Positions 55,251-64,000 of a DNA stretch of 64,000 bases are shown in pieces (within the stretch, counting starts at the first letter, position 1; each line of letters starts with the position of its first letter). The notes under the pieces were generated by a model. That model had not been told where the DNA came from and did no database searches. It was given only the letters and a program-made list of their open reading frames with translations. The stretch lies in IMG/VR virus record IMGVR_UViG_3300043331_000728; one strand, 5' to 3'. The stretch comes from a virus. The position numbers were made by a program, and so were the translations under genes.

Positions 55251-55510
55251 TCAGAAAAGCGGCTGAGGCCCTGAGGCCCCAGCCGCGACGCCTGCTGAGG
55301 GGCGTCCCCCCCTTGCTTTAAGGCCTGGCGTCAGGCCCTACGCTTCATAACACCGGCTCACCTCCTTTCTTAGTACGCCCCGCTCAGGGCGTTCAGAGGC
55401 GACGACCGATGGCGACGACAACGACGACCGCGAACAGGATACCGATCAGGACGATCGCGGCGGCCATGAGCGAAGCGGGAGGGCTCGATGCCCTGAGCCC
55501 TCCCTGTCCC

Positions 55511-56209
55511 TCAGGCCTTGGTTTCGGCCTTGGAGCCCTTGCCCTTGCCCTTGGCCTTCGACGGCTCGGGCGACGTCACGGCCTGAGGCTCGGCGATGCT
55601 GATGCCGTCCTTGGCCAGCGTTGCCTTGACCGCTTCGGCCGTCATGCCGCTGAGGGCGAGGTGCTGCGCGACGTGCTGTGGCAGGAAGTAGCGGGCGGCC
55701 TTGCCGGGGACGCCGTTCCATGCCCGCCAGTCACCAGCCTTGATGGTCCCGCCGTACAGCGTGTTGCTGTCGGCTCCGGAGCCCTCGGTGGCGCTGTCGT
55801 TCATGTAGAACGTGATGCCGGCGACCACGACCTTCGGCCACCCGCTATTGGTGAAATGCTTGCGGGCATTCGCCTGAGACATCCCGAGGATGTCATCGAG
55901 GGACGGGAACGGCCGCCCGAAACCGTCCACCGTGGGAAGCGACGTGACGGCACAGCGGAAATCCCGCTGGCCGCCCCGCGTATTGATCTTCCCGATCTTC
56001 GCGTTCAGCGCCGCGATGCCCGTCAGTACCGCTGAGGGCGAGGAAGGCGCCGTGTTGCCGAACGGCAGGGCGATGCCCGCAGCGGGCACCGTGGCCAGCG
56101 AAGGATGGCCGAGCCGACTCAGGATCGGCGTCACCTCGCTGAGCGCGTGATTCAGGAGCAGGTAGCCGACGTTCGTGTAGTGCTGTTGCTGAGCGGGGGT
56201 CAGGTTCAT
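55511..56209 (-). CDS. hypothetical protein flanked by direct repeats
   Basis: start MNLTPAQQQHY preceded by ggaggag RBS. Confidence 0.4.
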   Translation of the reverse strand: MNLTPAQQQHYTNVGYLLLNHALSEVTPILSRLGHPSLATVPAAGIALPFGNTAPSSPSAVLTGIAALNAKIGKINTRGGQRDFRCAVTSLPTVDGFGRPFPSLDDILGMSQANARKHFTNSGWPKVVVAGITFYMNDSATEGSGADSNTLYGGTIKAGDWRAWNGVPGKAARYFLPQHVAQHLALSGMTAEAVKATLAKDGISIAEPQAVTSPEPSKAKGKGKGSKAETKA

Positions 56210-56458
56210 CTTCTCCTCCTCTGTCTGTCTGCCTTGCTGCGTTGCGCCGGAGCCCCATGCCCCGACGTCGCAACGATGGTAGCATCCGCTGTCCCTGCTG
56301 TCAACATCGATTTTCGCCTGCCATGACGGGACGTTAGCGGCATGGGCTCCGAGCGGCACACACGAAAGGAACACGCGGCGCGGTGAGGGCGACACGACAG
56401 CAGGCCTCTTAAGACGCGCTCAGTACTCAGTCTCAGTCTCACTCAGTCGCCTGAGCGC

Positions 56459-56555
56459 GTTGTAAAGCGAGCACAGCACGCAGAGGGGGGGGGCGCCTGA
56501 GAGAAGATCAGAGACACGGCTGAGAGCAGTTTACAGTGCGCGGTACTGAGGACGG
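56459..56555. repeat. CTGAG-rich ~100-nt element, copy 2
   Basis: tgtaaagcgagcac ... gagcagtttacagtgcg ... actgag; preceded by ctcagtctcagtctcactcag. Confidence 0.5.
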
Positions 56556-56716
56556 GGGGTATCCCCCCCGTCCACGTGTGGATCGCTGCGATCAGGACAG
56601 CGATTGCTTGTCGTACCATAGGTTCCCCCATGGATCGGTCCATTGCACGACGAAAAACCGTGCGGCCATAGCCCCGTTCATGTATGTGTCAACAAACGTC
56701 GAACGGAGCCGCATCG

Positions 56717-57112
56717 TTATTGCGCGCACGGGCATCCCTCCTCGTGGTCGCCGTCGTACGCGCCGCACAACATGCACGGACCTTGCGGGTAGTAAGCCTC
56801 GACTACCGCATCGGCTCGCGCCTGCTCGTCGGACGTGCGCTGCTGGCGTCGTTCGTTGTTGGCCACGCGCAACGCGCGCTGATAGAGGTTGAACCCGTCC
56901 ACGCAATAGGTGTTCGGACCGCAACCGTGCTTACACGCCTTATGGTGCGCGAAAAAATCCTCGGTTGCCTCCGTGATCGAACGTCCGGGTGTCATCGTCC
57001 GGCCGGTTTGAAGCATAGGATGCAACGGCACATTGCCACGCACCCGCAACGCCTGATGTAATCGAACACGTGTTTCGTGTGATCGCCGCGCGTGCATGCG
57101 CGGCACATCCAT
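56717..57112 (-). CDS. hypothetical Cys-containing protein
   Basis: HHKACKHGCG...CMLCGAYDGDHEEGCPC. Confidence 0.3.
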   Translation of the reverse strand: MDVPRMHARRSHETRVRLHQALRVRGNVPLHPMLQTGRTMTPGRSITEATEDFFAHHKACKHGCGPNTYCVDGFNLYQRALRVANNERRQQRTSDEQARADAVVEAYYPQGPCMLCGAYDGDHEEGCPCAQ

Positions 57113-57190
57113 CCTTGGTGTTCGTGTGGTTTCGTCATTGCGCGCACCTCACGGTAAGGGGCGGGTTTGCGGTCCCCGCCCCGTTCGCTG

Positions 57191-57676
57191 CTAGGCCTTT
57201 GCGAGCGCCGCTTGCCGCTGGGCGATGATGACGGGTCGGGCCGCTGCCGCGTACCACGTGCGCCCGACCTTGGTTTTCCACGCGTGCGCCGGAATGGTGC
57301 CCGTCGCCCCGGACGCGTCGACCACGCCCGCACCGGAGGTCGCATTCGACAGCCACCATACCTGCAACGCGGAATCGTAGGATTTGAGCCCGTTGCCGTT
57401 GGTCGCGGGTACCGGGTCGCGGTCCGCCCATGCCGGACGCGTGACGACGGGTGCGGGAAGCGTTGTGACGGGCTGGGGCTGGGCGATCGGATGCGGTAGG
57501 ACGATAGGTGCGGCAGGATGCGTCGGTAGAACGTCGGCGATGCGTGGCGCATTGAATGTGTACGTTTGCACGTCCACGCCGCACCGCGTGCGCAACGCGT
57601 CTATGACGGCCTGCTCGTGGTCGCGCGGCGTGTCGGCCTTGAATCCGATCAGGTAATACCGAGGTTCGCTCATCAT
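57191..57676 (-). CDS. hypothetical protein
   Basis: start MMSEPRYY after aggagcgg RBS. Confidence 0.4.
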   Translation of the reverse strand: MMSEPRYYLIGFKADTPRDHEQAVIDALRTRCGVDVQTYTFNAPRIADVLPTHPAAPIVLPHPIAQPQPVTTLPAPVVTRPAWADRDPVPATNGNGLKSYDSALQVWWLSNATSGAGVVDASGATGTIPAHAWKTKVGRTWYAAAARPVIIAQRQAALAKA

Positions 57677-57785
57677 CCGCTCCTGTCGTGAGGGTTGAGG
57701 TATGGATGCCACGTCACGATGGTAGCAACGACAGCGGATGATGTCAACAACGGAATGCACGCGCGATGCTCCCCGTTTTGCACAG

Positions 57786-57889
57786 GGTTTTGGCAAAACC
57801 GTAGCCAAAAGCGTGAACGCCGCCCCCCATGGGGGGTTATTGCGACACCCAAGTCCCTATCTCTAAAATTTGGACCTCACTAGGGGTCC
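57786..57889. promoter_or_regulatory. divergent intergenic control region with three perfect palindromes
   Basis: ggttttggcaaaacc 57786-57800; ccccccatgggggg 57823-57836; ggacctcactaggggtcc 57872-57889. Confidence 0.45.
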
Positions 57890-57907
57890 TCATTATCTGC
57901 TTGCCAG

Positions 57908-58108
57908 GTGAGACGGTTCTCGGGCAGAATCTCTGGCGAGATGGGGGGTGGAAAACCGGGCGGGGTGATGCCGACCTTCGGCCACTACGAGTGCAATTTT
58001 TGCGGCAGGGACGCCGACGAGTGTTTGGACAAGATGTGTCGAGGGATGGAGCGCATACTATCGTTCGGGCATCTCAGCATCGAGTATTTAACCTACAAGC
58101 CATATTGA
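57908..58108 (+). CDS. hypothetical Cys-containing protein
   Basis: 66-aa ORF, CNFCG...C...C. Confidence 0.35.
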   Translation: MRRFSGRISGEMGGGKPGGVMPTFGHYECNFCGRDADECLDKMCRGMERILSFGHLSIEYLTYKPY

Positions 58109-58120
58109 GAGGAGTCGAGG

Positions 58121-58405
58121 ATGGAAGGGCAGGCAAGAATGATGAGAGGGGGTCCGCCGGCGGCCAGTCAACCGGTCGAGGACACCTCGCGAGAACTCTG
58201 CAAGCGGATGGCCGGGTGTTTGGCGTTGGCGGATCATGCCCTGAGCATAGCCAGCGGGATTGACGGGGCGCTGACCGGGAGCGGCAGCAATCAGGACAAG
58301 GCCCCGCCGCCGCCGACCGTGCCGATCTTCCCGGCCGTCAACGAGTTGGAGGAGAAGCTGAACGTGCTTTGCATGGCGCTAGAGACCACCATGAAGCGGT
58401 TCTGA
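58121..58405 (+). CDS. hypothetical protein
   Basis: 94-aa ORF. Confidence 0.35.
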   Translation: MEGQARMMRGGPPAASQPVEDTSRELCKRMAGCLALADHALSIASGIDGALTGSGSNQDKAPPPPTVPIFPAVNELEEKLNVLCMALETTMKRF

Positions 58406-58553
58406 AGATGAAGGTGATGATCGTGGTCGACAAGGGCGGGATCTCGGACGAGGATAAGCGTCGGCTAGAGCGGGAGGAGGGCTTCCTGGTGATCGAGGTG
58501 GTGCCGGGGCGGCGGTTCGAGGTGCAGTATCTGCTGGACGCGCTGACTCCCTG

Positions 58554-58826
58554 ATGGATGTGGACGCGATGCTCTTCGCGCCTCCGGGGGTGGAGGGTGA
58601 GCCGGATATCGTCATGGGCGATGTCAGCTGCGTGTGGTGTCGGCGGCCGGTGATGGGGTGTTTCGAGCGGTTGTGCCGGGCGCGCGAGTTGCGGCGGCGT
58701 GTCGCGCGTCTCCGGCATCCGAAGAATGGGTATCTGCTGGGGGTCTGGATGAGTGGACGTGTCAGCGCGGATTGGAGACGCGGGCCGGGCGCGACGAGTC
58801 ACGGCATCACCTGGACGACGAGCTGA
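58554..58826 (+). CDS. hypothetical CxxC protein
   Basis: SCVWCRRPVMGCFERLCR. Confidence 0.3.
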   Translation: MDVDAMLFAPPGVEGEPDIVMGDVSCVWCRRPVMGCFERLCRARELRRRVARLRHPKNGYLLGVWMSGRVSADWRRGPGATSHGITWTTS

Positions 58827-59062
58827 TGGCGTCCGGTCCGAGCGTCGTGAGTGACTGCGATCACTGTGGGAAGTCGGATTGGAACTGCGCGTTCGGGAAG
58901 CCGTGCCGGGGGCGCCAGATCCGCATATGGAAGAACAAGCATATCAAGTGGAACCTGAGCGGGGTGGTGACCAGCAGTGGGGGGGTGCAGACGATCGTGC
59001 AGGCCAAGCCGGGGCTCGTGGTCTATGGGCAATCGGCTACCTTCCAGTACATTGAGCCGTGA
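58634..59062 (+). CDS. hypothetical CxxC protein (start probably internal)
   Basis: SDCDHCGKSDWNCAFGKPCRG. Confidence 0.3.
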   Translation: MVSAAGDGVFRAVVPGARVAAACRASPASEEWVSAGGLDEWTCQRGLETRAGRDESRHHLDDELMASGPSVVSDCDHCGKSDWNCAFGKPCRGRQIRIWKNKHIKWNLSGVVTSSGGVQTIVQAKPGLVVYGQSATFQYIEP

Positions 59063-59265
59063 TCGACGACTCGGTGTTTAGTAGGGGAACCATCGCCGCC
59101 GACGACACGATCTGTTCTGCCTGTCAGCGCTCGTGGTTCAATTGTGCGGCTGAGCCCTGTCGGGGTGCGGTGATCGTGCGATGGAAACTGCAAAAGATAC
59201 CAAAGATCATGAGCACCACGCCGGCCACAGACGACTACGCGCTCGTGGTGCGGATCGTCGGATGA
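59059..59265 (+). CDS. hypothetical CxxC protein, paralog of preceding
   Basis: ICSACQRSWFNCAAEPCRG. Confidence 0.3.
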   Translation: MIDDSVFSRGTIAADDTICSACQRSWFNCAAEPCRGAVIVRWKLQKIPKIMSTTPATDDYALVVRIVG

Positions 59266-59372
59266 GAGATGCGTGAGGTTCAGTGTGTGTGGTGTGGGTG
59301 GATGTGGTTCGCAGGCAGCGGCAGATGTTGCAAGGGGCGCGAGATCTGGACATTGCGACTGAAGGGACGTGT

Positions 59373-59672
59373 ATGGACCTTAAACGCGGCAAAGGCGACT
59401 TCTACCGGAAACGCCCCGTCGTTATAGAAGCCCTCCAGATTCCCACCAAGGCCGAGGAATTCACCGACGCCTACTTCGTAAAGTGGGGGCGACTGATGGC
59501 GTTTCTGCATGACGACGACTGGGAGATCACGGAAGACAAGGGGGTGTTGATCCGCACCCTTGAAGGTAAGATGAAGGCAGATCCAGGCGACTGGATCATT
59601 CGAGGTGTGAAAGGGGAACCATACCCCTGCAAGCCCGAGATCTTCAAGGAGACGTATGAACCGGCTCAATAA
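59373..59672 (+). CDS. hypothetical protein
   Basis: start MDLKRGKG inside ORF 59283..59672. Confidence 0.4.
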   Translation: MDLKRGKGDFYRKRPVVIEALQIPTKAEEFTDAYFVKWGRLMAFLHDDDWEITEDKGVLIRTLEGKMKADPGDWIIRGVKGEPYPCKPEIFKETYEPAQ

Positions 59673-59868
59673 GGGCTTCATCGAGCGCCTGGAAGAGCAG
59701 GGCGATGTGGTAAAGGAGTATGAACGCCAGTACCTGCTTGCTAAGCAAGCCGCGATGAAGGCCGCTGATTTCCTGATGGAAAAGGAAGCAGAGTGGCGGC
59801 GCGAGCTGACCAAGCTCCAGAAGATGGTGGACTCGATCCCGGATCGGCTCACTAAGGGATTGGAATGA
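59656..59868 (+). CDS. coiled-coil protein
   Basis: 70-aa ORF. Confidence 0.35.
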   Translation: MNRLNKGFIERLEEQGDVVKEYERQYLLAKQAAMKAADFLMEKEAEWRRELTKLQKMVDSIPDRLTKGLE

Positions 59869-59922
59869 GACGGCGGTACCTATGGAAGAGATGCTCGCCG
59901 GGCTCAAGGCCAACCTCCTCGT

Positions 59923-60129
59923 ATGACCGCGCGTGATCGGGCGGCGGCCAAACGCAAGGCCAAGGTAAAGGCCGACCTTGACCTCTTCCTGTTCAGTGCG
60001 GAACTGTTGGGTATGGCGGTCCGCCCCGAGCACAACGTGGCCGACCGAGCCATGCGACTCAAGAACCACATGCTCGCGCGCAAGAAAGATCTGGGCAAGT
60101 GGCTGCGGGTGTTGAGTGTCTCTCGATAA
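59923..60129 (+). CDS. hypothetical protein
   Basis: 68-aa ORF. Confidence 0.3.
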   Translation: MTARDRAAAKRKAKVKADLDLFLFSAELLGMAVRPEHNVADRAMRLKNHMLARKKDLGKWLRVLSVSR

Positions 60130-60499
60130 CGAGTCCGAGTACGACTGCTGGACGTGCGGCGTCCGGGGCCGCCTCGTAGAAGAAGTCACCGCTACCGAGT
60201 CGATCTACCGCTGCCCGGTCTGCTCCTACCAGTGGTCCGTGTTCACCCCGGTCCGCAGGAAGCGCAAGAAGCCTTAGTCGCCTAGACGCCTGACTTTACA
60301 GTCGGGGTATGATCTGGGTGAAAAATCGTCTATACGCGACGGGCACCTACGGTGCCCTGTACCCACCCTTCGTCGCGCTCCCTGCGCTCCTCATCTGAAA
60401 GATGATGATGGCGCTCCCCTGCCTTTACTGCAAGAAGGACCTGGTTCCCACTCCGGGCGGCTGGTATTGCTCCGGCTGCCGATCGAGCTTCGGTAAGTA

Positions 60500-61030
60500 A
60501 TGGACCCAATTACCTATCCCTTCGGATCACCTGAGTGGTGGCAGCAGAAGCAGGTAGCCCAGCAGCAGAAGCAGGACGTGCCTGTTTCAGACTGGTTGTA
60601 TTCGCTTGGGCAAATCGCGCAATATGGAGCGATGGGACGCGGAGGCGTGGGTAAGTGGCAGGGCGGCGTACCGAAGGAGCAGGCGGGTACACGCTTCAAC
60701 GAAGAGGCCTGGCAGAAGCTGATGGAATTGATCTCGAAGGACAAGCGCGATCAGTGGCTGGCCGAGATCGCGAAGCGGAATCCGAAGGCGGCCGAGGCGA
60801 TCCTCAAGCGGCGCGCGGAACCACAGGCCCTTCATCTCCCGGACAACCGATTCCCGCAAGACGCCAGTGACATTCCGACCCTCTGGAACACCCCTCGGGT
60901 GCAGAAAATCCGTCAGAGCGCCACCAGCGGCAGCATACACGGCATGGTCGACGCGGTGGAACAGGACATGCTCGATCTGCCCCAGGCCGACACACCGCTC
61001 TATCCGATGACGCTCCGGAAGCCGCAATGA
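60500..61030 (+). CDS. hypothetical protein
   Basis: 176-aa ORF. Confidence 0.4.
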   Translation: MDPITYPFGSPEWWQQKQVAQQQKQDVPVSDWLYSLGQIAQYGAMGRGGVGKWQGGVPKEQAGTRFNEEAWQKLMELISKDKRDQWLAEIAKRNPKAAEAILKRRAEPQALHLPDNRFPQDASDIPTLWNTPRVQKIRQSATSGSIHGMVDAVEQDMLDLPQADTPLYPMTLRKPQ

Positions 61031-61845
61031 GCGACCAGATCCAACGCTCGGTCCTGGATCCGAAGTACCGCGAGACGCAAGAGGCGAATCTCGCGCAGCG
61101 TCCCGAGAAGAAGCCGGGCTGGGGGGATGCGCTCGACGCGCTTGCGCAATTCATGGGGCAGGCCAATCCGGTGAAAGGTGCGCTCTCGGGAGGGATTCCA
61201 TACAAGGTGCTGTTGGAAGCCTTGAAACGTGTGAAGGCGCCTGCCACCATCGAGGAGGCTACGCGCGCCAGACTGCTCGATCGGATGGAACGGCCGGAAG
61301 TCCGGGAGGGTGTCGAGCGAACACTGAGCGCGCTTCCCGAGTCGGAACGGGTGACACCGCTGGGGATGGGAGTCGACTATACCGGAGTCAAGATTGGGCC
61401 AGAGGTTCTGAAATTCTCGCCCAAGATGAACACCACCTGGGAACAGGTCGAACGATCACGACTGTTACCACCAGAAGTATTTGCCCCGCTCAAGAATGCT
61501 GAGCGGTTCCCGACCAGTGAGAACGCTGGTGTCACGATGCTGCACCAGCCATACTTGACGCCGCCGTCGCGCGCGAATATGTACGGCCCGCAACGTCACG
61601 AGTTTCAGGGACAGCTTGAAGCGTATTTTGACGAATTGTTACAGGGAACACCGTTCCGTGGGTGGGACGTACGGCCAGAGAACGTAGGCCGTCTCGATAA
61701 AGAGATGGATTACCGGCTCTTCGATATGGGCTCGGTGGTGCCGCGCGATGTCATCGAACAGACCCGCGCCAAGATGTTTCCGCCGATGCCGCCCCGACAA
61801 GCACCACCATCTACTGACAACACCATCCTCTGGGGACAGAAGTAA
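61027..61845 (+). CDS. hypothetical protein
   Basis: 272-aa ORF, ATGA-coupled. Confidence 0.4.
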   Translation: MSDQIQRSVLDPKYRETQEANLAQRPEKKPGWGDALDALAQFMGQANPVKGALSGGIPYKVLLEALKRVKAPATIEEATRARLLDRMERPEVREGVERTLSALPESERVTPLGMGVDYTGVKIGPEVLKFSPKMNTTWEQVERSRLLPPEVFAPLKNAERFPTSENAGVTMLHQPYLTPPSRANMYGPQRHEFQGQLEAYFDELLQGTPFRGWDVRPENVGRLDKEMDYRLFDMGSVVPRDVIEQTRAKMFPPMPPRQAPPSTDNTILWGQK

Positions 61846-62016
61846 TGGCCCCCGGTGTGGCGAAGACTCGCAACCGCGCCAAGCAGGAACATCGGAAGTG
61901 GTACTGCGCGAAGGGTCATGAGATGTGGACGGTGCTGATTGTGCCGGTGAAGGGACGACGCCGGCTCGATCTAGTGTGTGCCTGCTCGGGCCACCGGCCC
62001 ATGGACACAAAATAAG
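61846..62016 (+). CDS. small zinc-ribbon protein (absent from ORF track)
   Basis: MAPGVAKTRNRAKQEHRKWYCAKGHEMW...CACSGH. Confidence 0.3.
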
Positions 62017-62019
62017 AAC

Positions 62020-62042
62020 GGCGGGGATGTTGAGTCCCCGCC
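62020..62042 (+). terminator. GC-rich hairpin at convergent gene junction
   Basis: ggcgggga tgttgag tccccgcc, 8-bp stem. Confidence 0.35.
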
Positions 62043-62142
62043 GCTGGCCTAAGGCTTCCGCCTCTCCACCGTGAGGGACATCTACGGGCTCACGGCCCCG
62101 TGGTGACGTTGGCGTACAGCCAACACGATCACCCCACCGTGA

Positions 62143-62562
62143 CTACATCCGCTGGTCACGGTCAGCAGCGACTTCCGACGACGACGATTCTACCGGTGCC
62201 TTCCACCGGTCGTCAAGAGCTTGATGATTGTCGAAGAACTCCTGCAACACCATGCAATGCCAGCTCGCGTGGGCGAGGTGCGGCAAGCCAGTCTCTGGAT
62301 CGAAGTATTCACCTTCCCAGAACAGATGCAGGTGCCGCTGTAGCGCGGCGTAACTCAAGCCCCAGTCATACCCCTTGCGCCAGTTGTTGGGGGCGTACTT
62401 CTTTGCTCCTTTCCCGAAGACCCGCGCAAGCATCCGCAACGGCTTCGTGGGGACTAGATCAAAGCGCTCTTCTTTGCTTTCTTTCTGGCCACCCGTCTTC
62501 TCGTTGATGACCCGTTCAACGTCTGGAGACCCGTTGAAGATGAGTCGGTTCTCAGGATTCAT
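62143..62562 (-). CDS. dATP/dGTP pyrophosphohydrolase-domain protein (phage MazG-like family)
   Basis: FDLVPTKPLRMLARVFGKGAKKY...W..G...S...AL.RHL. Confidence 0.55.
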   Translation of the reverse strand: MNPENRLIFNGSPDVERVINEKTGGQKESKEERFDLVPTKPLRMLARVFGKGAKKYAPNNWRKGYDWGLSYAALQRHLHLFWEGEYFDPETGLPHLAHASWHCMVLQEFFDNHQALDDRWKAPVESSSSEVAADRDQRM

Positions 62563-63113
62563 CCGCGCGCTCCCATGCGCGTCAGAGCCCCGAGGTAGTG
62601 CGGGTTCGACCCGGACAGGACATCCAGATGTCCGTCGAGGAATGAGATCATCGTGTCTACGGTCTCAAAGGTGGCGGCGCTGTTCTGCTCGATGAACGGA
62701 TGCAGCCGAAACATGCCCAGATTGGAATGCCCGGTGTAGTCGGGGTCGATCACCGAATAGAGCAGCGCCCCCGTCGAGGTGGCTCGGCCGAATTCCACAA
62801 GCGTCCCGATGTTCGGATACTTCTCCATCAAAGCGCTGAAATTGAAGAGCACGATGTCGCTCTTGTCGACACACCAGAAATCGTGCTTCACGATGACCTT
62901 CGGCCCCGGGCTGATACCGTTCATGGTCCATTGCCCGGTCTTCTGGTCGAGCTGCTTACCCCCTAAAGGATTGAGGAAGAAAGCCTTCCCCCACAGCTTG
63001 TCGATGACTTTCTCGCGCCAGAGGTAATCTTCGGGCTTCTCGTCCCGAATGGCCCCCGCTAGGTAGATCGTTGGTGTCCTCATCTGCCCTCCCAGGGCAG
63101 ACGATATCTGCAC
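62559..63113 (-). CDS. nucleoside 2-deoxyribosyltransferase / Rcl(DNPH1)-like protein
   Basis: IYLAGAIRD N-terminus and LVEFGRA acidic motif. Confidence 0.5.
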   Translation of the reverse strand: MQISSALGGQMRTPTIYLAGAIRDEKPEDYLWREKVIDKLWGKAFFLNPLGGKQLDQKTGQWTMNGISPGPKVIVKHDFWCVDKSDIVLFNFSALMEKYPNIGTLVEFGRATSTGALLYSVIDPDYTGHSNLGMFRLHPFIEQNSAATFETVDTMISFLDGHLDVLSGSNPHYLGALTRMGARG

Positions 63114-63125
63114 CCGGGAGAGAAG

Positions 63126-63569
63126 TCAACTCGTTTCTTTGAGGCGGTAGGAGCACCAGTTGGTGAGGGCTTCGATGAGGTTATCGAGCTGCTTCTCGAA
63201 GTCGGGACCATCCTCGGCGGCGATGCGCTGGAGATCGAGCGCCATCTGAATCGCGGAGCGCTGTACTGAGTGGCGCCGGACGATCTTCGCGTACTCCTGC
63301 TGGTGAACGGCGATCGAAGCCTCTTCCATCAGGAGTGCCAGATAGGCGGGGCCGCCCACAGCGTCGAGCTGGTTATGGCGGCGCAGATAGTCGGCCAGCG
63401 TGAGCGCGTCGATGGGGGTCGGGCGCATCCCGAAGAGTGCGAGCATGATCGTGCGGTTGGCTTCCGAGTAGAAATCGGCGGGCATGATGAGCGTGCTGAC
63501 TATCCGCCCCTCCAGGATGCAGGCGCCCAGGATGGCGCGCTCGGCGTCGAGGTTGTGGGGAGGGATCAT
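63126..63569 (-). CDS. DnaB helicase N-terminal domain protein
   Basis: MIPPHNLDAERAILGACILE. Confidence 0.5.
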   Translation of the reverse strand: MIPPHNLDAERAILGACILEGRIVSTLIMPADFYSEANRTIMLALFGMRPTPIDALTLADYLRRHNQLDAVGGPAYLALLMEEASIAVHQQEYAKIVRRHSVQRSAIQMALDLQRIAAEDGPDFEKQLDNLIEALTNWCSYRLKETS

Positions 63570-63847
63570 TGTTCCGCCCACAGCAGACGCCCCATCAACT
63601 CGCGCGCCCGCTTCGATGGACGTTTCGTAAGCCATCCCTTTTGTTTCGACAGCCCGTAGGGTGGAGGTCGCTTGAATTGCCACACCGTGAGATCGAGGAT
63701 CAGGCCGGTTTTGGGGTGGCCGAGGAACCAATGGCTGGTGCCCTGCCAATGAATCTGGTAGGGACGCCAGCCAGAGCGTCGACCGCCGAGGAGATGATAG
63801 ACGGCCTCAGAGGTGACGTAGCAGTTGCCACGTTTCCCACGTGTCAT
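63566..63847 (-). CDS. hypothetical protein
   Basis: 93-aa ORF, ATGA-coupled at both ends. Confidence 0.35.
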   Translation of the reverse strand: MTRGKRGNCYVTSEAVYHLLGGRRSGWRPYQIHWQGTSHWFLGHPKTGLILDLTVWQFKRPPPYGLSKQKGWLTKRPSKRARELMGRLLWAEQ

Positions 63848-64000
63848 TCGCCGCGCCGGTCAGGAATGTAGTGCGGTGTTTCGATGGTCCCGATATAGAC
63901 ACCGGTGCGATCGAAGACGTGAACGTGCGGGGTCAGGATCTCGCGATGGTTGGGATCGTCTCCGACCTGACGATCACGCTCTTCCTTGATCAGGATGCAG
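63844..64000 (-). CDS. C-terminal part of a CDS that starts beyond the window end
   Basis: open frame ...HVHVFDRTGVYIGTIETPHYIPDRRGE* reaching window edge. Confidence 0.3.
   Translation of the reverse strand, partial: CILIKEERDRQVGDDPNHREILTPHVHVFDRTGVYIGTIETPHYIPDRRGE

Noticed and set aside
56592-56924. 110-aa Arg-rich ORF
   Set aside because: It has low complexity and overlaps the more protein-like frame at 56717-57112.
1-64000. Integrase, transposase, IS element, prophage att sites, rRNA
   Set aside because: No recombinase or transposase signatures and no rRNA-like sequence were seen. The truncated tRNA at 25028-25060 is the only att-like feature, and it has no integrase nearby.

Overview
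This window looks like an internal 64 kb piece of a large GC-rich tailed-phage genome; the overall GC level was judged by eye only. There are no structural, integrase or rRNA genes in the window. Genes sit in four strand blocks: + from 1-17465, - from 17505-57808, + from 57908-62016 and - from 62143 to the window end. They are tightly packed, and many adjacent genes overlap by ATGA (stop of one gene inside the start of the next).

Recognisable functions:
- Nucleotide and DNA metabolism: ThyX, dUTPase, a class II-like ribonucleotide reductase, a dNTP pyrophosphohydrolase, an NDT/Rcl-like protein, a DEDDh exonuclease, a Cas4-like PD-(D/E)XK nuclease, a DHH/DHHA1 phosphoesterase, T4 endonuclease VII, a ParB-like nuclease, an orphan beta-class DNA methyltransferase, a DnaB N-terminal domain protein and a DprA-like protein.
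- RNA repair and translation: an RtcB RNA ligase and a block of 13 minus-strand tRNA genes, with HNH endonucleases interspersed.
- NAD salvage and likely counter-defence: NadV plus NadM-Nudix, a NADAR protein, a DUF4326 protein and a small (p)ppGpp-type alarmone hydrolase with a SpoT-like HD domain.
- Other: a MoxR AAA+ ATPase paired with a VWA protein that carries an HExxH motif, an SPFH protein and a GcrA-like HTH protein.

Features without a known counterpart:
1. At least 23 paralogous small genes (65-115 aa) that share a Cys/His signature, C-x-H-x-C ... C-C-x-C ... C-x-x-C. They lie across the window, mostly in tandem arrays on the minus strand. I do not recognise the family.
2. An adjacent ThiF/E1-like adenylyltransferase and JAB/MPN+ metalloprotease with a possible E2-like neighbour, i.e. 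a ubiquitin-like conjugation or deconjugation module carried by a phage.
3. An iteron-like intergenic region at 9857-10208, next to a P-loop NTPase gene, consistent with a replication origin.
4. Several structured noncoding stretches and direct repeats.

All tRNA folds and anticodons were worked out by hand and should be confirmed with tRNAscan-SE.
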